The translations under genes were made by a program, and so were the position numbers. A model generated the notes under the pieces. That model was not told where the DNA came from. It made no database searches and saw nothing but the letters and a program-made list of their open reading frames with translations. A stretch of DNA of 63,897 bases, the filler included, from Lama guanicoe (lineage: Eukaryota): NCBI GenBank assembly GCA_013239625.1. It is 76 parts of 75 records of this genome, joined end to end, with 100 filler letters (N's around TTAATTAATTAA, not from the genome) between each part and the next. Parts side by side here need not be neighbours in the genome. Positions count along the whole stretch, not along the records: positions 25,179 to 26,259 come from MU053580.1; positions 26,360 to 27,171 come from MU053582.1; positions 27,272 to 27,679 come from PNXV01002669.1; positions 27,780 to 28,500 come from PNXV01002670.1; positions 28,601 to 29,743 come from MU053585.1; positions 29,844 to 30,984 come from MU053590.1; positions 31,085 to 31,576 come from MU053591.1; positions 31,677 to 32,144 come from PNXV01002728.1; 68 more parts are not named here. One strand, given 5' to 3'. This document shows, piece by piece, positions 25,079 to 37,178 of the stretch (position 1 is the first letter of the stretch; every line of letters starts with the position of its first letter).

Positions 25079-26558
25079 NNNNNNNNNNNNNNNNNNNNNN
25101 NNNNNNNNNNNNNNNNNNNNNNTTAATTAATTAANNNNNNNNNNNNNNNNNNNNNNNNNNNNNNNNNNNNNNNNNNNNTCTGGAATTTGCCATGCATCAG
25201 TGTTTCATGCAGATTGATTGGGTGGGATAAGTACAGGGCAAGAGACACCATTTGTACCCTTGACTCATAGAGCATGGTTCCTTGACTCTGTTGAGAAATT
25301 CCAGATTTTTTAAAAATATTGATATTTTTCCCTAAGGGAAAAACTAGATTTTAAAAGGAATAAAATCAAAAGAATATATGTCCTATGGAAAACATGACTG
25401 GCAGCTTCAGGTTTAAAACAAGAAAGAAAAGAATATTGTAGAATAAAATATATGGTTATCCATATTTTTTTCTAAAACTGAGTTTCATACATCTTTCTAT
25501 TTATTTACAATCCCCAAGTTTGAAATGGAGAATAAAACTAGTCTCTTAAAATATTAATTCTCAAATAGTTTTTTAATATTTTAAAGAAGAAAATATTTTG
25601 AGTTTATTCCTTTAATAAACTTACAAAAATTAATTTTTGAATATCTTAAAAATAGCTTTTTAATGCATCTGAAACTATATACAACATCAGATATGTTATT
25701 AGAATCTGATAGCATAATATCAATAGATGAGAAANNNNNNNNNNNNNNNNNNNNNNNNNNNNNNNNNNNNNNNNNNNNNNNNNNNNNNNNNNNNNNNNNN
25801 NNNNNNNNNNNNNNNNNNNNNNNNNNNNNNNNNNNNNNNNNNNNNNTTTTTGACTTGTAATAAATCACAATTGTATCAGATCCAAATTTTTTAAAAAGCA
25901 ACTTCCTTAGAAAGAAGTGTTCCCAAATTTGTATTATAACAAAATAAATTAAACTGACTTTTTTTTTCTTTGATGTAGGGCTGCTCTCATAGGGTATTAT
26001 GTCCCTTTGGAGAATTACTGAGGAACAACACTGATAGAAATTGAATACTGTTTGGAAGAAATCTGTGAGAATCAGATTTGTAAGAGGACAATAAAACATG
26101 TTTTACTGCTACATTATTCAGTAACCGTTTGGTTAAAAGTGACATTGATTCAAACTAGTTTAATCCATAAAAGATTACTTATCAGTCCATACATTGAGAA
26201 GGATAGATAGTGTGATAAGGGAAATAAGAATTACCATGGTTCTTAGTGAACTGAAAAAANNNNNNNNNNNNNNNNNNNNNNNNNNNNNNNNNNNNNNNNN
26301 NNNTTAATTAATTAANNNNNNNNNNNNNNNNNNNNNNNNNNNNNNNNNNNNNNNNNNNNGATACTAAAGAGAAACATGAGTTAATGCCTTTTTTAAGAAA
26401 AAAGGAAATGTAGATAATTTATTGAACTTTTGGAAACAGACTATCTAGCTCTCTAGCTCAGGGGAAAGGTATTAACGTGATGCTCAGAGGCAGGTGACTG
26501 TGTCTCACACTAAAGTACCTGCTACCAGCACATTATGCCCACTAAAAACACAAATATT

Positions 26559-26660
26559 GGGGGAAGGATGGGTATAGCTCAGTGGTACAGCACGTGCTTA
26601 GCATGTACAAGGTCCTGGGTTCAAGCACCAGTACCTCCATTAAAAAAGAAAGTTAAAAAA
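26559..26660 (+). mobile_element. Camelid tRNA-derived SINE (vic-1 type)
   Basis: TAGCTCAGTGG A box, GGGTTCAAGC B box, GTACCTCCA end, A-rich tail, imperfect flanking repeat AAACACAAATA / AAGCACAAGTA. Confidence 0.9.
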
Positions 26661-27271
26661 TAAGCACAAGTAACTGTCATGATTTAAAAGCAGTGCACGG
26701 TCCACCGTCCAAGTCTTCTCCTCACATCCCTCTTTCTCTTCTGTCCGAAGGGCCTGAGGGTGGGGAAGGGGATGAGAATGCTTTAGTAGCCCCTGCATTT
26801 CTATTTTCCACCACCCCAGTCACACAAAATTAAAATAATATTCTTAAATATGGAAAAATGCCATTTTCCTCAATCTTCGNNNNNNNNNNNNNNNNNNNNN
26901 NNNNNNNNNNNNNNNNNNNNNNNNNNNNNNNACATGACATGTTAATTGAAAATGTGGCTTCAGGGTAAATCCCCTAAGCCCTTCTTCCAACCAGACTGTT
27001 ACCCCTAGGCCCCAACTCTAGAGAGATTCCAGAATAACCACTGTTCCCTCCACCATTATACCTGAGTCTCTACCACGCTCTCAGAATAAAGGGAAAAAAG
27101 GCACAGTTCCTGCTTCCAGGAACTCCTAGGTGCACAGGAGTCACCGTGAAATGATGGCTGAGAAGGCGTGTNNNNNNNNNNNNNNNNNNNNNNNNNNNNN
27201 NNNNNNNNNNNNNNNTTAATTAATTAANNNNNNNNNNNNNNNNNNNNNNNNNNNNNNNNNNNNNNNNNNNN

Positions 27272-27679
27272 TCTTCATTCACAGGTGTTCCCTGTTCGGG
27301 AAGTCCGAGAAATACCTTCCTTGACCTTGGGGAGGCAGCTTCTGGCTCTGGGATTTCCTGCAAAACCCCCTAGCATTCCCTGGCACAGAGATATTAGGAA
27401 AACCCTCACGGGAGACGAGTTTAGGCATTCGTTAGAACCCACGCGCTGCCGACCGTTGGTGGAACCTCCCCACGCTCAGTATTCCGGAAACATTGTCAGT
27501 GTGTGGGGGAGCTCGAGAGACAACTCCACGGAGCTCTCTTCAGTCACAGGTGTTCCCTGTCAAGGGAAGTCCGAGAAATAGATTCCCTGACATTGGGGAG
27601 GCAGCCTCTGCCCCTGGGAATACCTGCAAACCCCCCAGCATTCCCTGGCACAGAGACATAAGGAAAACCCTCAGGGGAG
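27272..27679 (-). repeat. 267-bp satellite family A (reverse orientation)
   Basis: ACAGGTGTTCCCTGT at 27281 and 27546. Confidence 0.93.
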
Positions 27680-27779
27680 NNNNNNNNNNNNNNNNNNNNN
27701 NNNNNNNNNNNNNNNNNNNNNNNTTAATTAATTAANNNNNNNNNNNNNNNNNNNNNNNNNNNNNNNNNNNNNNNNNNNN

Positions 27780-28500
27780 TCCTTCTCTTCCATTGCCCTG
27801 GAGATTATAATTAACAACTTGTTTTAAAATAATCTAGTTCACATGAATACCAACTTAATTTCAACAGTACACAAAAACTTTGCTTTGGTATCAGTCTTTT
27901 CCCTCCCCCTCCTCATGCTGTCACTGTCATACAAATTGCACCTTTATGCATTTATAAGTGCATCTACACATTTTCATAAGTATTGTTTTATGCAGTTGTC
28001 CTTTACATCAAATATACATGTACTACTCGATTTATACTGTTTTATTTTTTAACTCATGTAGTAGTGCTCTTTATTTTTCAGGTGAGTGTCCTTTCATTTA
28101 CACCTGCTGGACTGTCCTTAGTATTTCTTGTAGGGCAGGCCTGCTAGCAATGTATTCTTTCAGAATTTGTTTTTGTAGGAGTGTCTTAATTTCTCCTTTA
28201 ATTTTTTTTAAAGACTCATTTTGCTGGCTATAAAATACTTGGTGACACTCTTTTCCTTTTATCTCTTTGACGATACCATCCACTGCCTTCAGTCTCCATG
28301 GTTTTTGATGAGAAATCAACTGTCTTACTGAGGAGCCTTTCTATATGTTGAGCCACTTATCTCTTTTGGCTGTCAAGATACTTTATTCTTGTGTTTTGAC
28401 ACACTGAATCTGATATGCCTTTTTTTGATGTCTCTACGTTTATACCACATAGAGTTTGTTGAGCTGCTGGGATGTACAAATTAATGTGTTCATCAAATTT
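27780..28500 (-). mobile_element. Old LINE-1 ORF1 C-terminal region
   Basis: Minus-strand KGEIKTLLQKQILKEYIASRPALQEIL resembles the ORF1p CTD motif GEIK.F.DKQ.L.EF...RPALQE.L. Confidence 0.85.
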
Positions 28501-28600
28501 NNNNNNNNNNNNNNNNNNNNNNNNNNNNNNNNNNNNNNNNNNNNTTAATTAATTAANNNNNNNNNNNNNNNNNNNNNNNNNNNNNNNNNNNNNNNNNNNN

Positions 28601-29743
28601 ATTCCCTGGCACAGAGACATGAGGAAAACACTCAGGGGAGGCGAGCACATGCATTCCCTTAGGAACCACGCGCTGCTGACTGTTGATGGAACCTCCCCAC
28701 GCTCAGGACTCCGGAAAAATAGTCATTGAGTGGGGGAGCTCGAGAGAAAACTCCACAGAGCTCTCTTCAGTCAGAGGTGTTCCCTGCTCGGGGAAGTCCG
28801 AGAAATAAATTCCCTGACCTTGGGGAGGCAGCCTCTGTCACTGGGATTTCCTGAAACCCCCCCTAGCATTCCCTGGCANNNNNNNNNNNNNNNNNNNNNN
28901 NNNNNNNNNNNNNNNNNNNNNNNNNNNNNNNNNNNNNNNNNNNNNNNNNNNNNNNNNNNNNNNNNNNNNNNNNNNNNNNNNNNNNNNNNNNNNNNNNNNN
29001 NNNNNNNNNNNNNNNNNNNNNNNNNNNNNNNNNNNNNNNNNNNNNNNNNNNNNNNNNNNNNNNNNNNNNNNNNNNNNNNNNNNNNNNNNNNNNNNNNNNN
29101 NNNNNNNNNNNNNNNNNNNNNNNNNNNNNNNNNAATCCGGAACCATTGTCAGTGCGTGGGGAGCTCGAGAGACAACTCCACGCAGCTCTCTTCAGCCACA
29201 GGTGTTCCCTGTTAGGGGGAATTCTGAGAAATACCTTCCCTGACCTTTGGGAGTCAGCCTCTGCACTGTGATTGCCTGCAAACCTCCCTAGAATTCCCTG
29301 GCACAGAGACAGGAGGAAAATCCTCAGGGGATACGAGCACAGGAATTCCCTTAGAACCCACGCGCTGCCGACCGTTGGTGGAACCTCCCCACGCTCAGGA
29401 TTCCGGAACCATTGTCATTGAGTGGGGGAGCTCGAGAGACAACTCCACGCAGCTCTCTTCAGTCACNNNNNNNNNNNNNNNNNNNNNNNNNNNNNNNNNN
29501 NNNNNNNNNNNNNNNNNNNNNNNNNNNNNNNNNNNNNNNNNNNNNNNNNNNNNNNNNNNNNNNNNNNNNNNNNNNNNNNNNNNNNNNNNNNNNNNNNNNN
29601 NNNNNNNNNNNNNNNNNNNNNNNNNNNNNNNNNNNNNNNGAACCTCCCCCAGGATTCCGGAACCATTCTCATTGAGTGGGGGATCCCGAGAGAAAACTCC
29701 ACGCAGCTCTCTTCATTCACAGGTGTTCCCTTCTCGGGGAAGT
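28601..29743 (-). repeat. 267-bp satellite family A (reverse orientation)
   Basis: GAGCTCGAGAG at 29161 and 29428 (267 bp). Confidence 0.95.
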
Positions 29744-29843
29744 NNNNNNNNNNNNNNNNNNNNNNNNNNNNNNNNNNNNNNNNNNNNTTAATTAATTAAN
29801 NNNNNNNNNNNNNNNNNNNNNNNNNNNNNNNNNNNNNNNNNNN

Positions 29844-30984
29844 GCACTTCAAACCGGCACTAGGAAACAGACTGAGAAACCAGGGTAAGTGTCTGTCCTA
29901 CTACCCGCTTCATTTGTGCTGAATGAAAGATCGTCTCTCAACATGCTCAGTTCTGAGAGATAAGTGTGTGTGAAAGCCGTCCATCACCAAATTGAAGGAA
30001 ACACAAAATTCCTTTCAGTTATGAACACCACTCCATACATATATAAGGGGAATTACAAGATCCAACTCGGTATTACACTGAAAACGACAGGCACTTCAAA
30101 CCGGCACCAGGAAACAGTCTGAGAAAACAGAGTAAGGGTTTCTCCTGCAACCCGTTCCCTTTGTGCTGGACGAACGAACGTCTCTCCACATGCTCAGTTC
30201 TGAGAGATAAGTGTGTGTGAAAGCCGTCCTTCACCTANNNNNNNNNNNNNNNNNNNNNNNNNNNNNNNNNNNNNNNNNNNNNNNNNNNNNNNNNNNNNNN
30301 NNNNNNNNNNNNNNNNNNNNNNNNNNNNNNNNNNNNNNNNNNNNNNNNNNNNNNNNNNNNNNNNNNNNNNNNNNNNNNNNNNNNNNNNNNNNNNNNNNNN
30401 NNNNNNNNNNNNNNNNNNNNNNNNNNNNNNNNNNNNNNNNNNNNNNNNNNNNNNNNNNNNNNNNNNNNNNNNNNNNNNNNNNNNNNNNNNNNNNNNNNNN
30501 NNNNNNNNNNNNNNNNNNNNNNNNNNNNNNNNNNNNNNNNNNNNNNNNNNNNNNNNNNNNNNNNNNNNNNNNNNNNNNNNNNNNNNNNNNNNNNNNNNNN
30601 NNNNNNNNNNNNNNNNNNNNNNNNNNNNNNNNNNNNNNNNNNNNNNNNNNNNNNNNNNNNNNNNNNNNNNNNNNNNNNNNNNNNNNNNNNNNNNNNNNNN
30701 GTGTGTGAAAGCCTTCCTTCATCTAACATGTTGGGAAGACAAAATTTCTTTTCTGTTGGAAACTAAACTACATAAATATATATGGGTTGATACTAGGTCC
30801 AACTAGGTTTAACAGTGAAAACTGCAGGAAATTCAAACCGACATTAGGAAGCAGACTGCAAAAACAGAGTTACTGTTTCCCCTTAAACCCATTCCATTTT
30901 TGCTACATGAATGAAGGTTTCTCCACGCAGTCAGATCTGAGAGATAAGTGTGTGTGAAAGCCGCACTTCACCTAGCTTGAAGGG
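29844..30984 (+). repeat. ~248-bp satellite family C
   Basis: AAACCGGCAC at 29851 and 30098 (247 bp). Confidence 0.93.
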
Positions 30985-31084
30985 NNNNNNNNNNNNNNNN
31001 NNNNNNNNNNNNNNNNNNNNNNNNNNNNTTAATTAATTAANNNNNNNNNNNNNNNNNNNNNNNNNNNNNNNNNNNNNNNNNNNN

Positions 31085-31576
31085 TTGTAATAGTAACGTG
31101 GTGAATAACATGCCCCAGGCAACATGGCAGTCCGATTGATAGCCACAAAAGGTCAAAGGGTGGGAAATGGCCAACTCCCTGGAAATCCCAGCCCCTTGCC
31201 CTAAGGCTGGTCCTTCTACTTATTAGCATATGAAACCACCAAGCCCAAGAAAACAAGCAACACAGCGCCACCTCGCGGTCACCANNNNNNNNNNNNNNNN
31301 NNNNNNNNNNNNNNNNNNNNNNNNNNNNNNNNNNNNNNNNNNNNNNNNNNNNNNNNNNNNNNNNNNNNNNNNNNNNNNNNNNNNNNNNNNNNNNNNNNNN
31401 NNNNNNNNNNNNNNNNNNNNNNNNNNNNNNNNNNNNNNNNNNNNNNNNNNNNNNNNNNNNNNNNTGGTGGGGCACAGGGACTCAACAAAAGCCTGAGACA
31501 CAGCCCTTCTCATGCCCAACGTTTTTCTATTCTTCTATCAACAGGACTGGTCTGTGAAGGGAGGTCTGAGACCCCA
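31085..31576 (+). mobile_element. Probable ERV1-type LTR fragment
   Basis: U3-like text (AACTCCCTGGAAATCCC...TATTAGCATATGAAA..CCAAGCCC); no termini confirmed. Confidence 0.5.
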
Positions 31577-31676
31577 NNNNNNNNNNNNNNNNNNNNNNNN
31601 NNNNNNNNNNNNNNNNNNNNTTAATTAATTAANNNNNNNNNNNNNNNNNNNNNNNNNNNNNNNNNNNNNNNNNNNN

Positions 31677-31880
31677 AAAAAACAGGTAAACAATAAGGTC
31701 CTACTACATAGCACAGGGAGCTATACTGAATACCTTGTAATAGCCTATAATAAAAAAGAGTATGAAAAGGAATGTGTGTGTGTGTATATATATATTTAAA
31801 CTGAATCACTATGCTGTATACCAGAAATTGACACAACATTGTAAACTGACTATACTTCAATTAAAAAAAAATTGGAATTT

Positions 31881-31915
<35 letters not shown>
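31677..31915 (+). mobile_element. LINE-1 3' end with poly(A) tail
   Basis: AACAATAAGGTCCTACTACATAGCACAGGGA...ACTGAATCACTATGCTGTATACCAGAAA...GACTATACTTCAATTAAAA followed by a long A run. Confidence 0.92.
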
Positions 31916-31918
<3 letters not shown>

Positions 31919-31919
31919 T

Positions 31920-32144
31920 ATAGTCTAATCATGCCAAGTGCTGGTGAGGATGTGGAGCTGCTGGAATTTCCTACCTACTGTGGAAGTGCAAAGTGCTACA
32001 GTCACTCTGGATAACAGTGTAGCAAATTCTTTGAAAGCTAAACATACACTCTGCATATGACCCAGCAGTCCCACTCTTAGGAGTCCCAAAGACTTAAACT
32101 TAGGTTCATACAGAACCCTGCACATGAATGTTTGGAGTAGCTCA
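31920..32144 (+). mobile_element. Ancient L1 ORF2 3' fragment
   Basis: CCAAGTGCTGGTGAGGATGTGGAG...CATATGACCCAGCAGTCCCACTCTTAGG. Confidence 0.8.
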
Positions 32145-32319
32145 NNNNNNNNNNNNNNNNNNNNNNNNNNNNNNNNNNNNNNNNNNNNTTAATTAATTAA
32201 NNNNNNNNNNNNNNNNNNNNNNNNNNNNNNNNNNNNNNNNNNNNCCTCTGTCTAAAGCAAGATAAAAGCAGGAAAGCTACCTGGGACTATACAGAACCAT
32301 CCCAAAAGGGAACTGAAGC

Positions 32320-32545
32320 ACCTTTCTTCCCTCCTCTCTGCTGCCTGGAATGTGGACCTGATGGCTGACCCTCAGGCAGCCACTTTGGGCCATCAGGTTG
32401 ATGGGCTGAAGATAACAGGAAACTTGTTCTCTGACCCAGGGGCCATCATGCAAAATAGCCCTGTGCTACTGATTGCTTGACTTCTTTATGTAAGAGGGAA
32501 ATACAATTTTAGCATGTTTAAGCCACTTCTGGTGTCTGGGGAACT
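32320..32545 (+). mobile_element. Old MaLR LTR (MLT1 type)
   Basis: TGCTGCCTGGAATGTGGACCTGATGGCTG...GCAGCCACTTTGGGCCAT...TGTTTAAGCCAC. Confidence 0.7.
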
Positions 32546-33317
32546 AGGTGTTGTACATTGCCATGGTAAGACCTAATAATAAAGTTAAAGTTTCACCAAA
32601 AACTATTTACCAAATAGTTAATAAACGATAAAGAGATCTTGATTTTTGTTTTAATGCTATGAAATGTAAATCAAGTTTCAGCATATGCCAATAAAACAAG
32701 ACAGTGTGGAGATAAAGCAAAACAGAGTTTGTAGAACAGAGACCCAAAGCATACTCCTCTCCAAGGCACAGAAGTACAGCCGTGACTCTACATGCGAAGG
32801 CTGGAGTCAAATGGGCTCCCTGTTTTCCTTTTCTTGGGTTGTGTTTTGTTTCCAGCCTTNNNNNNNNNNNNNNNNNNNNNNNNNNNNNNNNNNNNNNNNN
32901 NNNTTAATTAATTAANNNNNNNNNNNNNNNNNNNNNNNNNNNNNNNNNNNNNNNNNNNNACCCACACCCGGGAAGTCTAACCCCATTCAAGAATCTTTCC
33001 GTAAACTACCGTGGCCCAAAGGACCTTCAGAGGACTGAAGAAATTTCTCGAGGGAAAACCTGGTCGTGTTTGGGATGTGTGGGAAGACAGTGGGCAAAAG
33101 GGAAGCAAGCAGTACTGCAGGTGGTATCTGGACCTAGAGTCTTGANNNNNNNNNNNNNNNNNNNNNNNNNNNNNNNNNNTGGCGATGGAGCCCAGGAACT
33201 CCTGCGTCCGAAGCATGCCATCCATCTACCCACCAGCTACCGCCTTCCCTGGCCCCACCGTTGCGTTTAAGCACAGATGGAAGAAAAATCAACCTCCAGG
33301 GATGTTCGCCCACTTAC

Positions 33318-33456
33318 CGGACATGTCAGGCTGGTCTGCTGCGAGAAGAGACGTCAATGCCTCGTCCTCGGTTGGCTCCTCCAGAGCACCTTCGTCAGCT
33401 ACGTTCGTCTCAGGACGGGTGTCTTCCCGTTCGGTTTCTGGCTCGGGCACCCCTTC
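33318..33456 (-). CDS. Candidate internal coding exon (139 bp) of an unidentified gene, acidic peptide
   Basis: Minus strand: pyrimidine-rich acceptor ...GTTTTGTTGTTACAG|GAA, open EGVPEPETEREDTRPETNVADEGALEEPTEDEALTSLLAADQPDMS, donor CCG|GTAAGT; CpG-rich relative to flanks. Confidence 0.6.
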
Positions 33457-34393
33457 CTGTAACAACAAAACGGAAGAACCCAAAAACCCACCTTGAGGAA
33501 CCATCCTACTCATGCACGGGGCCATTCAGTCTATCAGTCAGCGAGGCAGGAGCTATCTACAGTGTCTATCAAGTCACAGGCATTATCCTGGCAAAAGCTG
33601 GGAATACACACAAAGGACAGATCCTGCCCTGTACTGTTACCAGAGGCAGGGACCCGTGAACAACAATCAGCACACTAAAGGACCACTCAGCAGCTCTACT
33701 GCCAAAGGGATCGGACAGGCACGACACGAAGGAGAGAAGATTTGGGGGCNNNNNNNNNNNNNNNNNNNNNNNNNNNNNNNNNNNNNNNNNNNNTTAATTA
33801 ATTAANNNNNNNNNNNNNNNNNNNNNNNNNNNNNNNNNNNNNNNNNNNNCCCTCGCCTGTGATTTGGGGATGCTTGTATCTGCTTTGTAGAATTGTGATA
33901 ATTAGTAATTCTGTAAAGTGTTTACCACAGTGGGTTTGTCAAGAGGGCTCTTAAACTTTAGCTGCTGTTTTGTGTGAAGCCATCATTTGAGAGTCTTTGG
34001 CAACAACTAAGAAACAGGAAAATAAGAAAAGCTGGTTTTATGATGAAAGATATTTGAGGAGGTTCCATAATTCCTATACCTATAATTTAGCATCACCAGA
34101 GTCAGAACAAGTCGCCATGACGTTAAGCCACAGAATTTTTTGTTGCTTTATATATGTTGGGGCCTCAGGGGATCCAAAAGTTATACACATGTTGTCTCCA
34201 GCAGCCAACTGAGAGATGACACAAAAGACAAGGCAGGAGATAAATGTCTTCTTTGTTACTGATGAAGCTACATTCTCCATGAACTTCAGGGCTGTGGGAT
34301 AATGCATGTCATGATACTGTGTAGCAGAATTAGAGACTCACCCTGTCCCAGCTATCTCTAGGCCACAGCGAGCCTTCCCTTGAGAGGACCTGC

Positions 34394-34728
34394 CCCTTCA
34401 TACACAGGGCTGTCCTGCCATGGAGCTGAGCATCCCGGGTGCTTCCAAAAGGTGGTCAACACTGGAGGGAAAGGAAGGTTTTCACATGCCCTGCTTGTCT
34501 CCCCGGACTCACACATCACTCTGTTAGTGTGACGAGNNNNNNNNNNNNNNNNNNNNNNNNNNNNNNNNNNNNNNNNNNNNNNNNNNNNNNNNNNNNNNNN
34601 NNNNNNNNNNNNNNNNNNNNNCCCTTCATACACAGGGCTGTCCTGCCATGGAGCTGAGCATCCCAGGTGCGTCCAAAAAGTGGTCAACACTGGAGGGAAA
34701 GGAAGGTTTTCACATGCCCTGCTTGTCT
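34394..34728 (+). repeat. Tandem duplication across a gap (107 bp visible twice)
   Basis: 34394-34500 vs 34622-34728, 3 substitutions. Confidence 0.85.
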
Positions 34729-34828
34729 NNNNNNNNNNNNNNNNNNNNNNNNNNNNNNNNNNNNNNNNNNNNTTAATTAATTAANNNNNNNNNNNNNNNN
34801 NNNNNNNNNNNNNNNNNNNNNNNNNNNN

Positions 34829-35400
34829 CCAGCCTGAGACGCGGGCTGGCAGTGGCGGGCAGGGCCAGGCTGCACAAGCGGGGCGGAGCACCAGGGCGGC
34901 AGCACTGAGGCAGCCCTGGGGACTGCAAGGGGCTGCGCACCGTGGCTGTTGGTCACAGGGCAGAACAACCTGGGCCCTCCATAAAACAGCAAGGTTGATG
35001 TGCTCTCGGGGGGAAGGGTGCATACCCCCGTCTCTGAAAACCCGCGGAAACTTTTCAGGGGGTAGAGAGGCGGGGCTCAGGCACAGCCCCCATATCCTCC
35101 GGCGCTGAGCACCCAGGCGGGGGCAGAGGAGAAACCTGCACCCGCACCTAAGGGCTTAGCAGCCTCAAAGGCCAGACTGAGACAGGCCTACAGCCCGGGG
35201 CAGATAGGATCCTTCCATCCTGGTCCCTCAGAGAACTTGCTCCGCAAAGACAAACAAGGAGCTGGGTTTTGGCTCAGAGCAGGGACAAGGCTGTCCCTCA
35301 GTCTTCCCTGAGAGCCAACCAGGGCGGAGCGCCAACCAGGGCGCAGCCGTGCAGAGCAGCGGAGCTACCGGCGGCGCAGGTAGAGGGAGAGCGGCCCCCC
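34829..35400 (+). mobile_element. Probable GC-rich LINE-1 5'UTR segment (alternatively a CpG island)
   Basis: GC/CpG-rich with no convincing ORF; L1 assignment is by general resemblance only. Confidence 0.4.
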
Positions 35401-36240
35401 NNNNNNNNNNNNNNNNNNNNNNNNNNNNNNNNNNNNNNNNNNNNTTAATTAATTAANNNNNNNNNNNNNNNNNNNNNNNNNNNNNNNNNNNNNNNNNNNN
35501 TGATCAGTGGTTAGAAGGGAAAAGGAGCTATTCTTCAAGGCAATAGATATTGCCAGTAATATTATCAGTAAACTCCTCAATCACAGAGGAAGAGAAGGAT
35601 AAAAGTCAGGCTAACATGGCCGGAAAGGAGAGCACTGAAAGAAGCGGCATCTATCAAACCCCTGCTCTTCCAGTGATGTCTTATTTTTGAGATCTGTGAA
35701 TTTACATGTATTACACGTATCCATTCAATAGTCCTTAACCAAGGGTTGTATCAGAATCTCAGGGAAGTATTTCTAAATACTTGTGTCAGACCTGAGTAGA
35801 TTTATTCAATCAAAATCTCCAGCGGAGAGCCAGGAGAAAAAGAAGGAGGACCAGCTTCGCCATCACTTGCTCCCCACCTACAGCCACAGCCCTGCAGGGG
35901 AGCTACACCAGGCTGAGCATGGAAGACCCCAAGGTGAAGGTCTACGTGGAGGGCCATGTGGCCACCAGCACAAGTGAATGCCCCTGCTGGCTGGCTGTCG
36001 AACATGACCTGACCTCACTTGCCCAGATTCTAGAACCTGGGATCCTGGGGTGCTCAGGGCCTGTGGCTTGCTGCCTCCCCTGCCCAGGTGCAGTCACCCA
36101 GCTCCCCCTGCTGGGTACTGGGTTCCTTCCTCCTCCCACCNNNNNNNNNNNNNNNNNNNNNNNNNNNNNNNNNNNNNNNNNNNNTTAATTAATTAANNNN
36201 NNNNNNNNNNNNNNNNNNNNNNNNNNNNNNNNNNNNNNNN

Positions 36241-37078
36241 AAAAAGCAGAACTTATACTCTTTAACCTATTCAAAAATAGTGAAGATGTTGGGAAACCCC
36301 CAAATTAATTCTATGAAGCTTTCATCACCCTGATAGCAAAGCAAAGTAACACAGTACAAGCAAAGGGAATTTCAAGCCAATATCTTTGTTATAGATGCAA
36401 AAATTAAAAAAAATTTATTAGAAAACTAAATCCAGTAGTACCTAAAATGAATCATACAACATGATCAACTTTAATTCATTGCAGGGTCATAAGAGAGGTT
36501 GAAATTACAAGAAATCAATCAGTTTGATACACCACATTAACCCAAGGATAAGGGAAAATGATGTGGTCATCCCAATAAATCGATAAAAAGCATTTCATAA
36601 ACTTTAAATTTTATTCATTAAAAAGCTGCAACAACAATAACAACAACAAGAAAAACAGAATCAATAAAACAGAAAACTCTTACCAAAGGAGGATTCAGGA
36701 AATATATCTCAACATAACTAAAGTGTTTAATTACAGACACACAGACAACATAATATGCAAAAATGAATAAATGAAAGCCAAATTAAGGAATAAATCAAGG
36801 ATGCCCACNNNNNNNNNNNNNNNNNNNNNNNNNNNNNNNNNNNNNNNNNNNNNNNNNNNNNNNNNNNNNNNNNNNNNNNNNNNNNNNNNNNNNNNNNNNN
36901 NNNNNNNNNNNNNNNNNNNNNNNNNNNNNNNNNNNNNNNNNNNNNNNNNNNNNNNNNNNTTTAGATGACAATCTATATAGAGAACCCTAAAGATTCTCCA
37001 TACCAAAACAACTAAAATTAATAAAGACAATTAGCAAAGTAGCATGATTCATGATTAATATACAATAACTGTCACATT
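36241..37078 (+). mobile_element. Degraded LINE-1 ORF2 (RT region)
   Basis: TTCTATGAAGCTTTCATCACCCTGATA, ATCATACAACATGATCAA, CAAGGATGCCCAC, GATGACAATCTATATAGAGAACCCTAAAGATTC. Confidence 0.88.
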
Positions 37079-37178
37079 NNNNNNNNNNNNNNNNNNNNNN
37101 NNNNNNNNNNNNNNNNNNNNNNTTAATTAATTAANNNNNNNNNNNNNNNNNNNNNNNNNNNNNNNNNNNNNNNNNNNN

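Noticed and set aside
25581..26099. 172-aa minus-strand ORF / possible exon near 25958-26064
   Set aside because: AT-rich, spans a gap, weak donor and no recognisable peptide.
26559..26640. tRNA gene
   Set aside because: tRNA-like boxes but degenerate stems, A tail and flanking repeat; it is a SINE.
27427..27443. CENP-B-box-like ATTCGTTAGAACCCACG in satellite A
   Set aside because: Has TTCG and the central A but lacks the essential CGGG; other monomers read TTCCG.
31465..31483. tRNA-Lys primer-binding-site-like TGGTGGGGCACAGGGACTC
   Set aside because: Several mismatches to TGGCGCCCGAACAGGGAC, and the LTR end that should precede it is hidden in a gap.
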